A stretch of 64,000 nucleotides of DNA from positions 335,816 through 399,815 of the forward strand of contig CBDEHK010000001.1 in assembly GCA_965238305.1 (NCBI GenBank), written 5' to 3'. The translations under genes and the position numbers were made by a program. The number at the start of each line of letters is the position of its first letter. Within the stretch, counting starts at the first letter, position 1. This document shows positions 51,308 through 59,931 of the stretch, piece after piece. The notes under the pieces were generated by a model, which was not told where the DNA came from, made no database searches, and worked only from the letters and a program-made list of their open reading frames with translations. This DNA is from Alphaproteobacteria bacterium. GTDB taxonomy: Bacteria; Pseudomonadota; Alphaproteobacteria; GCA-2731375.

Positions 51308-52446
51308 AGCAAATCCTCAATGATCTTTTTATCCAGCAGGGGAAAAGCGCTGAAGACATGCGGGTCTCTTGTCGCCGGCGCCGCCATCACCCGCTCCGGC
51401 GTCAGTTCGGCCAGGCAGGTGACACCCAACAGACCCATGGAGGTCCAAATCTCCTCCAACAGCAGATCGAGGGCGCGAACCACGCCTTCTTCGCCACCTG
51501 CGCCCAACGACAAGGCGTTCAGGCGGCCAACCGCCACTGCATCGGCACCCAGGGCCAACGCTTTCAATACATCGCTGCCACGCCAGATGCCGCCGTCGAA
51601 GATGATGCTGGCCCGGCCAGCCACCGCCTCGACGATCTCCGGCAACACCGTCAAGCTGCCGACCGCATGGTCGAGCTGCCGGCCGCCATGATTGGACACC
51701 CAGATCGCTTCGACCCCATGCTCGACCGCCAGCAGGGCATCTTCAGCCGTCATGATCCCCTTCAGGGCCAGCGGGATATCGTGGCGTTCCTTAAACCGTG
51801 CGACCTGTCGCCATGAAAGCTTGTCGAGATAACTCTCGACGACCTTGTTATTGCGCCAAGGTTTGACGAAACGGTTGGCGATGTCGCGTTCCCGGCGGCT
51901 ATAAAGCGGCACATCGATGGTCAGGCAAAAGGCGTCGTAGCCGGCGGCAATTGCACGGGCGGCGCGCTCGTCAACCCAGGCATCGTCGCCTTTGACATAA
52001 AGTTGATAGATCCGTGGAGCGCCGGGCGCACTGGCCGCGGTTTCTTCCAGATCCGGCTGCGAAACCGAACTGAGCGCCATCATAACCTGCTGTCGGGCCG
52101 CCGCCCGCGCCACCGCCGCCGCGCCTTCGGGATGGAAAGATTCTAACGAGCCCACCGGCGCCATGATCACCGGCGCCCGCAGCTGCCGGCCAAAAAGTGT
52201 GCAACTCAGATCAATGCTGGAGACATCGACCAAATAACGCGGTCGGAAGGCGAGCTCATCAAGGGCCAGGCGATTTCGCCTGAGCGCGGTTTCAGTTTCC
52301 GTCCCGCCGATCAAATAGCCCCAGATATTCCGCTCCAGCCGCGCCTTGGCCAGTGGGATCAACTCGTGCAAGGCCTGCACCTTGTCCTGCCATTCCGCAG
52401 TGGCCCGCGGCTTTGGTGCCTGTGTTTCGATTTTATGCTCATTCAT
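51304..52446 (-). CDS. FMN-dependent alpha-hydroxy-acid dehydrogenase/oxidase family protein
   Basis: Contains VSNHGGRQLD and DGGIWRGSDVLKALALGA motifs. An ATGA overlap links it to the downstream gene. Confidence 0.88.
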   Translation of the reverse strand: MNEHKIETQAPKPRATAEWQDKVQALHELIPLAKARLERNIWGYLIGGTETETALRRNRLALDELAFRPRYLVDVSSIDLSCTLFGRQLRAPVIMAPVGSLESFHPEGAAAVARAAARQQVMMALSSVSQPDLEETAASAPGAPRIYQLYVKGDDAWVDERAARAIAAGYDAFCLTIDVPLYSRRERDIANRFVKPWRNNKVVESYLDKLSWRQVARFKERHDIPLALKGIMTAEDALLAVEHGVEAIWVSNHGGRQLDHAVGSLTVLPEIVEAVAGRASIIFDGGIWRGSDVLKALALGADAVAVGRLNALSLGAGGEEGVVRALDLLLEEIWTSMGLLGVTCLAELTPERVMAAPATRDPHVFSAFPLLDKKIIEDLL

Positions 52447-52587
52447 CCGCCAAGTGTAGGCGGCGAAAATCGACCTGACCAGCCCCTTCGCATCCCAAGC
52501 GGGCCAATCGCAGGCCCAAAATCATCCCTTGTGAGGACCAGACCGACAGCGTATATATCCCCCCGTCTATTCCAGAACCAACCCTAA

Positions 52588-52664
<77 letters not shown>

Positions 52665-52752
52665 ATGATTTCAGGGGGTTAGCCAAAATTTCGATTTAAA
52701 CAGTTTTATCTAGGGCACCTATAGGGCACCCGGGGGGCGATTAATCGCAATC

Positions 52753-54849
52753 TCAAGACATATCCAGATCAGCAAAAAATTCCGACGCTGGTTTGATGCC
52801 TGTAACTAAAAGACGATCTCTTGCGCGGGTACAGGCGACGTAGAAGAGATGGCGTTCGGTTTCGTAAACCACGTCTAATTCTGTTTCGTCGGCGACGGTT
52901 TCGATACGTCGTTGCAAGGGCAAGATATCATCATCGCATTCAATGACCGCCACGGCTTTGAATTCCAGCCCTTTGGCTAAATGCATGGTGCCGATAGAGA
53001 CACGGCCTTCTCGTTCTTCTACCCGATCGGAAAGTTCCAGCGTCTTTTGACCGGCTTGCTTCACAACTTTACGCGCCCGCAGCAGTTCATCATTGCTGCG
53101 TACAAAGATGCCAATCTCGTCCGGTCCGATCCCATCGTCGATGGCCTGGCGCAGCCACCTTTCGACGCCCGCAGTTTCCTCGGCTAAGTCAGGAAAAATT
53201 TGCACTTCTGGTTCTGGCCCGTTGAAAATCGAAACCGTGCCTGAGCGATCTTCTTCGTTGCCATCGACATCGCGTACAACGGGGGGCAACAGACCATCTA
53301 CGGCTTGGCGGATTTGGTGCGACGTCCGGTAGTTGACCTTCAGCGTGTGCGATCGCCCACGAATATCGACGCCTAATGCCTTCCAGGAAAAGGGTTCCTG
53401 AAAAATGCGTTGCCCCAGATCGCCAGCGAAGAACAGGGCGCCTGGCTTTGGATCGGCGATGGCCGCGAGCATACGTAACTCAGACACGCCTAAATCCTGG
53501 GCTTCATCGACAATGATGTGGGTAAACGGTTTGTCTTGTCGTTCGGCAAAATGCGCTGTTACCTTGGCAAATACACTCGGCCAGGTGTCGAGGAGGTGAG
53601 CGCCCAATATTTGGCGCGCCTTTGCGAAGACAGGCCAGACGCGTTCACGCTGCTTCGATCCCAGTCGGTTCTTGCGACCTAGACGGCGAACATCGCGGTA
53701 GGCTTCCAGATCATTAAGTTGCCAGGCATCTACAACGTTGTTCCATTCTGAGATCAGGAAGCGATCGGTAAAACCTGTCAGCTTGAGTTCTTCGGCAGCG
53801 CCTTCAAGGGCCGCCTTTACATGTTTAGGTGTCGCCAGGTGGGGATGACGGGCAAAAGCCAGGGTAAATAAATCATCGGCGACGCCTTGGAATGGCAGGA
53901 TGGTCGCCTGACCGCCCGTTCCGTCCTTTCCGGTTAATAGTTCAAGTTTATGCTCAAGCGCGTTGGCAAGCGGCGACGAAAACGTCGTCAGCAACACTTT
54001 CGCCCGCTTGTCTTTGTTCATGATCGCGGCTGCCCGGTGTAACGCCACAACGGTCTTGCCGGTGCCGGCGGAACCGGATACGCGGGCCGGACCGCCAAAA
54101 GCTTGATCGACAATCCGGCGTTGGGATGGATGCAGAAAAATCGTCCATTGTTCCCATGGATAATCGAGCGCCCTTTGCAATTCTTCGACGTCGTCCAGTA
54201 CCCGGAAGCGACGCTGGGCATCGGGATGCTCGAAAGGATCAATATCGACCGGCGCAGTTTCAGCCAACCGCAGGACGCCGGTTGCGGCATAATCCAGCAA
54301 CGCTTCCGCCGCTTCTGCCGGCATATGGTCAGCGAGTTCGAAGAAGTTTTCTTCGGACGCTTGCAAAATATCGCCAATCCAATCTTCCGGCACCCCGATG
54401 TCCAGCAACTGATCGGCCGATAGATCCTGGAATAGCGGCGGCAGGTACTTTTCCTGCGGCACATCGCTGGCCGGAACGGGTTCAGGCGCGACATAAACCG
54501 GCAGGGTTATTTCCTCGACCCGCTCCCGCACTTCGACAATTTGCGCGGCGCCGGTCTTCGGGTGGGCCTCGATCCGCCGCCGTTCCGCCCATTTATAAGC
54601 GTCATCATGATGGTCGGCGTAACAAACCAGAAAGCTTTTCGCCGTTTTGTGGACGATGACGCGGATATCGCGGTTAACCCGGATCGACCAGAAGTTCGGG
54701 TCCTTCGATTTGTCAATGCGATGGAATTGCAACCCCGGCGACGACGGATCCTGCTGCATGTCGAAGACAGTGATCTTGACCGCCGATTGCTCTTGTGCCG
54801 TCAACCGCGCTAGGGCTTTGGAGAAACTATCAGCAAGGCGGAAAAGCAT
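52753..54849 (-). CDS. RelE/ParE-like N-terminal domain fused to a UvrD/Rep-like SF1 DNA helicase; last gene of the island operon
   Basis: SF1 motifs: GSAGTGKT, IIVDEAQDL, FFAGDLGQRIF, LKVNYRTSHQI, TMHLAKGLEFKAV and FYVACTRARDRLLV. Residues 1-95 read ...FHRIDKSKDPNFWSIRVNRDIRVIVHKTAKSFLVCYADHHDDAYKWAERR. Confidence 0.85.
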   Translation of the reverse strand: MLFRLADSFSKALARLTAQEQSAVKITVFDMQQDPSSPGLQFHRIDKSKDPNFWSIRVNRDIRVIVHKTAKSFLVCYADHHDDAYKWAERRRIEAHPKTGAAQIVEVRERVEEITLPVYVAPEPVPASDVPQEKYLPPLFQDLSADQLLDIGVPEDWIGDILQASEENFFELADHMPAEAAEALLDYAATGVLRLAETAPVDIDPFEHPDAQRRFRVLDDVEELQRALDYPWEQWTIFLHPSQRRIVDQAFGGPARVSGSAGTGKTVVALHRAAAIMNKDKRAKVLLTTFSSPLANALEHKLELLTGKDGTGGQATILPFQGVADDLFTLAFARHPHLATPKHVKAALEGAAEELKLTGFTDRFLISEWNNVVDAWQLNDLEAYRDVRRLGRKNRLGSKQRERVWPVFAKARQILGAHLLDTWPSVFAKVTAHFAERQDKPFTHIIVDEAQDLGVSELRMLAAIADPKPGALFFAGDLGQRIFQEPFSWKALGVDIRGRSHTLKVNYRTSHQIRQAVDGLLPPVVRDVDGNEEDRSGTVSIFNGPEPEVQIFPDLAEETAGVERWLRQAIDDGIGPDEIGIFVRSNDELLRARKVVKQAGQKTLELSDRVEEREGRVSIGTMHLAKGLEFKAVAVIECDDDILPLQRRIETVADETELDVVYETERHLFYVACTRARDRLLVTGIKPASEFFADLDMS

Positions 54850-56024
54850 TAGTGGGATTTTTCGTTTTTGTCGTTTGAATTGCGTTTCAAGGCTGTAGTC
54901 AATTTCTCAAGGAGAGAATTGACCATCGCATCTTCGTCGCGATTTTGGGCAAGTTCGATCGTTTTTTCATCCTTGCGCATAATGATATTTCGTTCTGATT
55001 GAAGCAGTTCTTTAGATAACTCACTCACCTGTTTGAGCGTCCCATGCTCAATTGCCAAAAGCGCACCGGCCTGGCGAAGGCTTAAAGTAGTTGCTTCGTT
55101 GGAAAAGTAGCGCATCATCTCCAAAGCCTTGGACTGATAGCGGAACATTATCAATGCCAGAACTTCTGCCAAAATTATGAAAGGAAGAGTGAAGGGGAGG
55201 TGACGAAACATGAACAATACTGAACTGCGCCCGCCTGGTTCGTTAGCGGAAACGGCATTCGTAAGGTCTCGTACGGTGCCAGACAACGTCGCATCTTCGC
55301 TGAAGTATAATATCAAGCTGTATGCGGCTATTGCAATCCCAGACAAAGAGAGCGCTAGTCCGATGAGGCGAAATAGAACAGCGGTGCGTTGTGCGGCAAG
55401 TGTCTGATCTAGAATACGGATTCGGTTAAGGTTGAATAAATCCGAAATACTTTGAATTAATCTTATTCGATCGGCATGATCTTTCGCCTGCTTTGCAACA
55501 CGCTCGCCTAGCGCAGCAACGATATCGCTGCCAAGCTCTTCATCCAATTTCACCTCAATTATTGCGTCTGCATTCGCCGTCAATTCACTAATATCAAGAT
55601 TGTTCGTTTTCTTCTCTAAGGAATCAATACGAGAAACAAGATCCCGGCGAAGACTTTCTATTGCAGATGACTGCTCTCGTTCTGCACTTGCAAGTTCAGA
55701 AAAATCTGCAGCACCTCTCCGAAGAATAAACTGACGAACAAACCTGAAAAAAATAACTGAAATTGTAAAAACTCCAATGGCCATCAATCCGAGAAAAGTT
55801 AGAAGAAGAAATGTGTCTGTGAATATAGTGCTGTCGCTCTTTCTATTTTTGTCCTTCTCCAGAATCGAGCCAACTTCTGAGAAGAAACTTTCGAGTTCGT
55901 TGCCGATTGAGAAGACCACCGCCACAATAGCAATTGCGATAGCGGCGGCGATTAACACATATTCAATAGCTGTGTTTCCTTTTATGTCCGAAAGGAAATT
56001 GCTACGTTGATTAATTCGTTCCAT
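54849..56024 (-). CDS. Four-TM coiled-coil membrane protein with an Flp-pilin-like N-terminus; function unknown
   Basis: 391-aa ORF, AT-rich, with an N-terminal KGNTAIEYVLIAAAIAIAIVAVV segment. Three further hydrophobic helices are separated by charged heptad-like segments. A TAATG overlap links it to the downstream helicase gene. Confidence 0.7.
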   Translation of the reverse strand: MERINQRSNFLSDIKGNTAIEYVLIAAAIAIAIVAVVFSIGNELESFFSEVGSILEKDKNRKSDSTIFTDTFLLLTFLGLMAIGVFTISVIFFRFVRQFILRRGAADFSELASAEREQSSAIESLRRDLVSRIDSLEKKTNNLDISELTANADAIIEVKLDEELGSDIVAALGERVAKQAKDHADRIRLIQSISDLFNLNRIRILDQTLAAQRTAVLFRLIGLALSLSGIAIAAYSLILYFSEDATLSGTVRDLTNAVSANEPGGRSSVLFMFRHLPFTLPFIILAEVLALIMFRYQSKALEMMRYFSNEATTLSLRQAGALLAIEHGTLKQVSELSKELLQSERNIIMRKDEKTIELAQNRDEDAMVNSLLEKLTTALKRNSNDKNEKSH

Positions 56025-56027
56025 ATT

Positions 56028-59015
56028 CTATACCCCAAAAACTTTCATCACTTCGTCACCGAAGTGGTTGATGACTTTGACGGCGAAGCGGCCGGTGGAG
56101 GGGCGGGCGAAGGGGATGCTTTTGTCGCGGTAGAGGGTTTGCCAGGCTTCCTCATCGATCTCCGCCTTCAGCGTAGTCTTCAGTGATTTGTACGGGTCCT
56201 GGGCGCCCATGAAATAGGCATGGCGGACGAAAAAACTTTCTTCGTCATAATCGCTGTCGATGAACCAGGCGGCGATGTCGTCCTTGCCGCTGGCGCGCAC
56301 CTCGCCGGTCTTGGGATCGAAGACGTCGACGCCCAGAACTTCGACGGTGATCATGCCGTCGTCACCGAAGGCCCATTCGATGTCCGGTTCGCCAAAAACG
56401 ACGAACAAATTGCCGGCTCCGGTATTTTTTAACTCGTCCGACATATGTAGGTCCGGGTTCATCTTCGCCTTTAGGATCGGCAATGGACCAAGCTTGCTCA
56501 GCTCCGACGTATGGGCATCGAAGTTGAAGCCGCAGGCGATCAAGGTATCGAAGCGGGCATCCAAGGCTTCGCGCGCCGCCGCCGTCAAATCGGCGCGGGT
56601 GATCGAGCCGAATTCAGGGCCGATGAAGATGGCGCCCCGGCGTTCGGTCTCGCCCTCCATATAGCGGCCTTCGGCGGCGATATAGTTGCCGGGCCAACCG
56701 TCGATGGTGGTGAAGCTTACGCGATCTTCCTTGGCGGCTTGATGGACCCCGGCGGATTTCAAATTGTCCAAGACCATCGTTGTGAAATCGTTCAGCGGCG
56801 CCGGCGTGTCGCGTTTTTCCTTCCGGCCTTCGGCGGCATCGACCAATTCGATCAGTTCTTCGTTATCCGATGTCTGCATGCGGTGCGGCGACAGGCTTTC
56901 GACCGTGAAAGGCCCGGCGACGCGGACCTTGGCCTTGTCCTCGTAAGGCCGATCATAGAGATATTCGACGTCTGCTTTTTTCGCGATGGAGGCGTCGATT
57001 TCCCGCTGCCGGGCGATCCGCTGTTGCCACCAGTCGCCGTGTGCCTTCAATACTGCAGCGGACCAACCTTCGCCGGCTTCGCGGGGAATTTCCCATTCCT
57101 CCCAGGCTTCGCCCAGGGCATCTTTCAGCGCCACCCGCAACGATTCCAGTTTTTCCTGATAACTTTCCAAGATCACATCGATTTCGGCGTTGTTGGCGAT
57201 GACGCCGGATGTAATGTACCTAGACCTTTTATAAACAAAGCCTTGGCGGATATCGCCCTGGGTCGAAGTATCCGGCTGAATGACGCCGGAAAGCTCCTGT
57301 TCCTTTGTTTGGCCTTCGGCGCTGTCGGCAAGCAGATAATAGGGATAACGCGCGCCCATCAAGCGCGCCCGCGCCAGGGCCAGCGAGACCCGAGAGGTAT
57401 CGACGGTGATCCAGCGCCGCCCCCACTGCTCCGCTACAAACGCAGTCGTGCCTGAGCCGCAAGTAGGATCGAGCACGATGTCCCCTGGGTCCGTGGCCAT
57501 GAGAATACAGCGTTGCACCAGGCGCTCATTTGTTTGAACAATATATACTTGGCTGGAAGCCCCCCCAAATCCATCCCACCAATTCGAGATGCTCTTAAAA
57601 GGAAAATCCTCCAAATATCTCCTATAATCTAGGCTTGTCTTTGATGGGATTAACCGCCCAGCAAGTTTTACTCGTTCCATCCCAGTAAGGCCGACCATCG
57701 TATCCTTGGACGTATGGCTCCAACAACGCCCCTTTGGCGGATCAAAAGACTTACCTGACAAAACAATCGGGGCCATTTGGTTTTCACGGAATCCACCGTT
57801 GGTGATTGGCCATGGTCTGAATAGTCTAGCGTTCGGGTAATCTTCCTGAATTCGCTTTGGGTAAAGGCGGTAATCTATGTATTCGCCATCAATATCTTCA
57901 TTGGACTTGAGGTTAATAGTTTTTCCATCAGGCAATTCCAGTCTAGAAAACTCGTCGATCGTTTCATTATCAAGAAGTCTGTCAACGAATAGACTTCTGT
58001 ATTTAGTTACGCCCCTTGCGCGTTCTGATTTCCCGTACCACAAAATGAAATCATTAACGGGATCTATCATTGAGCTTTTTTGTGATCCTTTTTTCTTGAC
58101 AAGAATTTCAGTGATAAAACTCCCCTCCCCAAACACCTCATCCATCAGCGCGCGGACCCGGTGGACGTTTTCGTCGCCGATTTGCACGAAGATGGAGCCG
58201 CTGTCCGTGAGCATGTCGCGCATTACGGTCAGACGGTCGCGGAGATAGGTGAGATAGGAATGGATGCCGTCTTTCCAGGTATCGCGGAAGGCTTTGACCT
58301 GTTCCGGTTCGCGGGTGATCTGATCCAGCTTGCCGTCCTTCACGTCGCGGCTGCGGGTCGAAACCTGCCAATTGGAATTGAACTTAATGCCATAAGGTGG
58401 ATCGAAATAGATGCATTGCACTTTGCCGCGTAGTTGTTCCCGCTCAGCCAGGCTGGCCATGACCTGCAGACTGTCGCCCAGGATCATGCGGTTTTGCCAA
58501 TTGCGGTCGTGCTGATAAAACTCGGTCGCCGCTTCCGGATCGATGCCGTTGAAATCGCCGAACAAGTCCGGCATTGCCGCTTCCTGTTCCCGCCGTTCGT
58601 CGGTTTGGCGTTTCAAATCGTCAATGATTGCCTTGGGGTGAATTTTTTCCTGGATATAAAGCGGCGGTGCCTGCACCACCAGGTCAGACCAGTCTTGTTC
58701 ATCCTTGCCGCGCCAAACCAATTGCGCATCGCCGATTTCTAGCTTGCCGGTTTCCTTTAATTCTTCGATCTGCGCCGGATTCAGACGCAGGGTCGCGCCC
58801 TTCCAGATGATTTGCGGGTCCAGATCGCCTTCGCGCGGCCGTGTTGCCCCTTCCATCAACGGATCTTCGCGGGCATAAGTCACCGGCTCCACCGGCGCCA
58901 TCTCCTCCGCCCGCTGCGCCACCGTCTGCAACTCCGCCGTTGGAATATTCTTCCGCCGCGCCTTCTCATGCTTCAGCGTCTCGACTTGCTTAGCTTTTTT
59001 TGGCTTACGCGCCAT
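56028..59015 (-). CDS. Large beta-class DNA amino-methyltransferase (N6-A or N4-C), Type III Mod-like
   Basis: 995-aa ORF. Motif IV (IYFDPPYG) precedes motif I (VLDPTCGSGTTAFVAEQWGRRWITVD), which is the beta permutation. An AT-rich central segment between the two motifs is the presumptive target-recognition domain. Confidence 0.88.
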   Translation of the reverse strand: MARKPKKAKQVETLKHEKARRKNIPTAELQTVAQRAEEMAPVEPVTYAREDPLMEGATRPREGDLDPQIIWKGATLRLNPAQIEELKETGKLEIGDAQLVWRGKDEQDWSDLVVQAPPLYIQEKIHPKAIIDDLKRQTDERREQEAAMPDLFGDFNGIDPEAATEFYQHDRNWQNRMILGDSLQVMASLAEREQLRGKVQCIYFDPPYGIKFNSNWQVSTRSRDVKDGKLDQITREPEQVKAFRDTWKDGIHSYLTYLRDRLTVMRDMLTDSGSIFVQIGDENVHRVRALMDEVFGEGSFITEILVKKKGSQKSSMIDPVNDFILWYGKSERARGVTKYRSLFVDRLLDNETIDEFSRLELPDGKTINLKSNEDIDGEYIDYRLYPKRIQEDYPNARLFRPWPITNGGFRENQMAPIVLSGKSFDPPKGRCWSHTSKDTMVGLTGMERVKLAGRLIPSKTSLDYRRYLEDFPFKSISNWWDGFGGASSQVYIVQTNERLVQRCILMATDPGDIVLDPTCGSGTTAFVAEQWGRRWITVDTSRVSLALARARLMGARYPYYLLADSAEGQTKEQELSGVIQPDTSTQGDIRQGFVYKRSRYITSGVIANNAEIDVILESYQEKLESLRVALKDALGEAWEEWEIPREAGEGWSAAVLKAHGDWWQQRIARQREIDASIAKKADVEYLYDRPYEDKAKVRVAGPFTVESLSPHRMQTSDNEELIELVDAAEGRKEKRDTPAPLNDFTTMVLDNLKSAGVHQAAKEDRVSFTTIDGWPGNYIAAEGRYMEGETERRGAIFIGPEFGSITRADLTAAAREALDARFDTLIACGFNFDAHTSELSKLGPLPILKAKMNPDLHMSDELKNTGAGNLFVVFGEPDIEWAFGDDGMITVEVLGVDVFDPKTGEVRASGKDDIAAWFIDSDYDEESFFVRHAYFMGAQDPYKSLKTTLKAEIDEEAWQTLYRDKSIPFARPSTGRFAVKVINHFGDEVMKVFGV

Positions 59016-59931
59016 CTACTTGCCCCGTAGTTACAAACATCGGCTTTTGGTGCGGACCCGGCGAGTGGCCAAGAACTTCCACTATTTCATAACTGTCATT
59101 AACCCATGCGCCGATCATTTCATCTTTTTTTTGATGGATGCGGAGCATAACTCGCAATGTATCACCAGTTCCAATGACGTATTCATGGCTAGCTAATTTG
59201 TCGTAAAACATGTCATCTAGGATCGGCGCTGATATCTTTATCCCGTCACGCCAGACAAACTGCCATTTACGTGGCCCGCGTTCAAAGATTGCGCGGATAA
59301 TCAGAAGTTCGGTTTTTTCATATTTGTTGCGACGATTTTCTTGAGAAATGACGATATCACGTACTTCGGAAAGGCGAGGGAATTGAGCGCGCGGAACATT
59401 TACGAGAAGTTGCTCATCCTTAATGTCCTTAGCAATTCCAAAATTCTGTACGTCTTGGTCTTTTTGCAATATTTCGAACGCATTCGAGACCCTTTGTTCA
59501 AGCTCAAGATTTTTAGAGATTTTCTCTTTCTGCTCGCCAACTTCTTTTGGAAGAATAACCCTTTGGTTGCCAGATTCTACGACGTAATGATCGTCGTTCA
59601 CGTAGATGTTAATGTCGGGATCGTCTGCGATAAATTTCTCATAAATAAAGGCCGTAAGTAATCCAAGTACGATCGTCAACGCAGCCGTGCGAATGAGTGG
59701 AGTCGCTCGTTTCGATAATGTCCTTATACGTGCCCTAAAAGAGCCTTCGCCCAAAGCATCAATGTAAATCTCAATCTCAAAATCAGGATTAATCGCCCTA
59801 CTTATTTCCTTTATTGCCGAACTGACTTCGAGCAAGGTATTGGCAAATGTTTCTGCGTTAATTCGGCCGAACTCACCACCAAAGTGAATTACAAATTCGT
59901 CGCCTAGACTTGTAAGGTCAACGGTTTGCAT
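59005..59931 (-). CDS. Orphan 308-aa protein with one predicted TM helix, inserted between res and mod
   Basis: AT-rich ORF. Its start overlaps the res stop (TGATG), and its stop lies 8 nt inside mod. It has one hydrophobic helix (LIRTAALTIVLGLLTAFIY). I recognise no family motif. Confidence 0.65.
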   Translation of the reverse strand: MQTVDLTSLGDEFVIHFGGEFGRINAETFANTLLEVSSAIKEISRAINPDFEIEIYIDALGEGSFRARIRTLSKRATPLIRTAALTIVLGLLTAFIYEKFIADDPDINIYVNDDHYVVESGNQRVILPKEVGEQKEKISKNLELEQRVSNAFEILQKDQDVQNFGIAKDIKDEQLLVNVPRAQFPRLSEVRDIVISQENRRNKYEKTELLIIRAIFERGPRKWQFVWRDGIKISAPILDDMFYDKLASHEYVIGTGDTLRVMLRIHQKKDEMIGAWVNDSYEIVEVLGHSPGPHQKPMFVTTGQVDGA

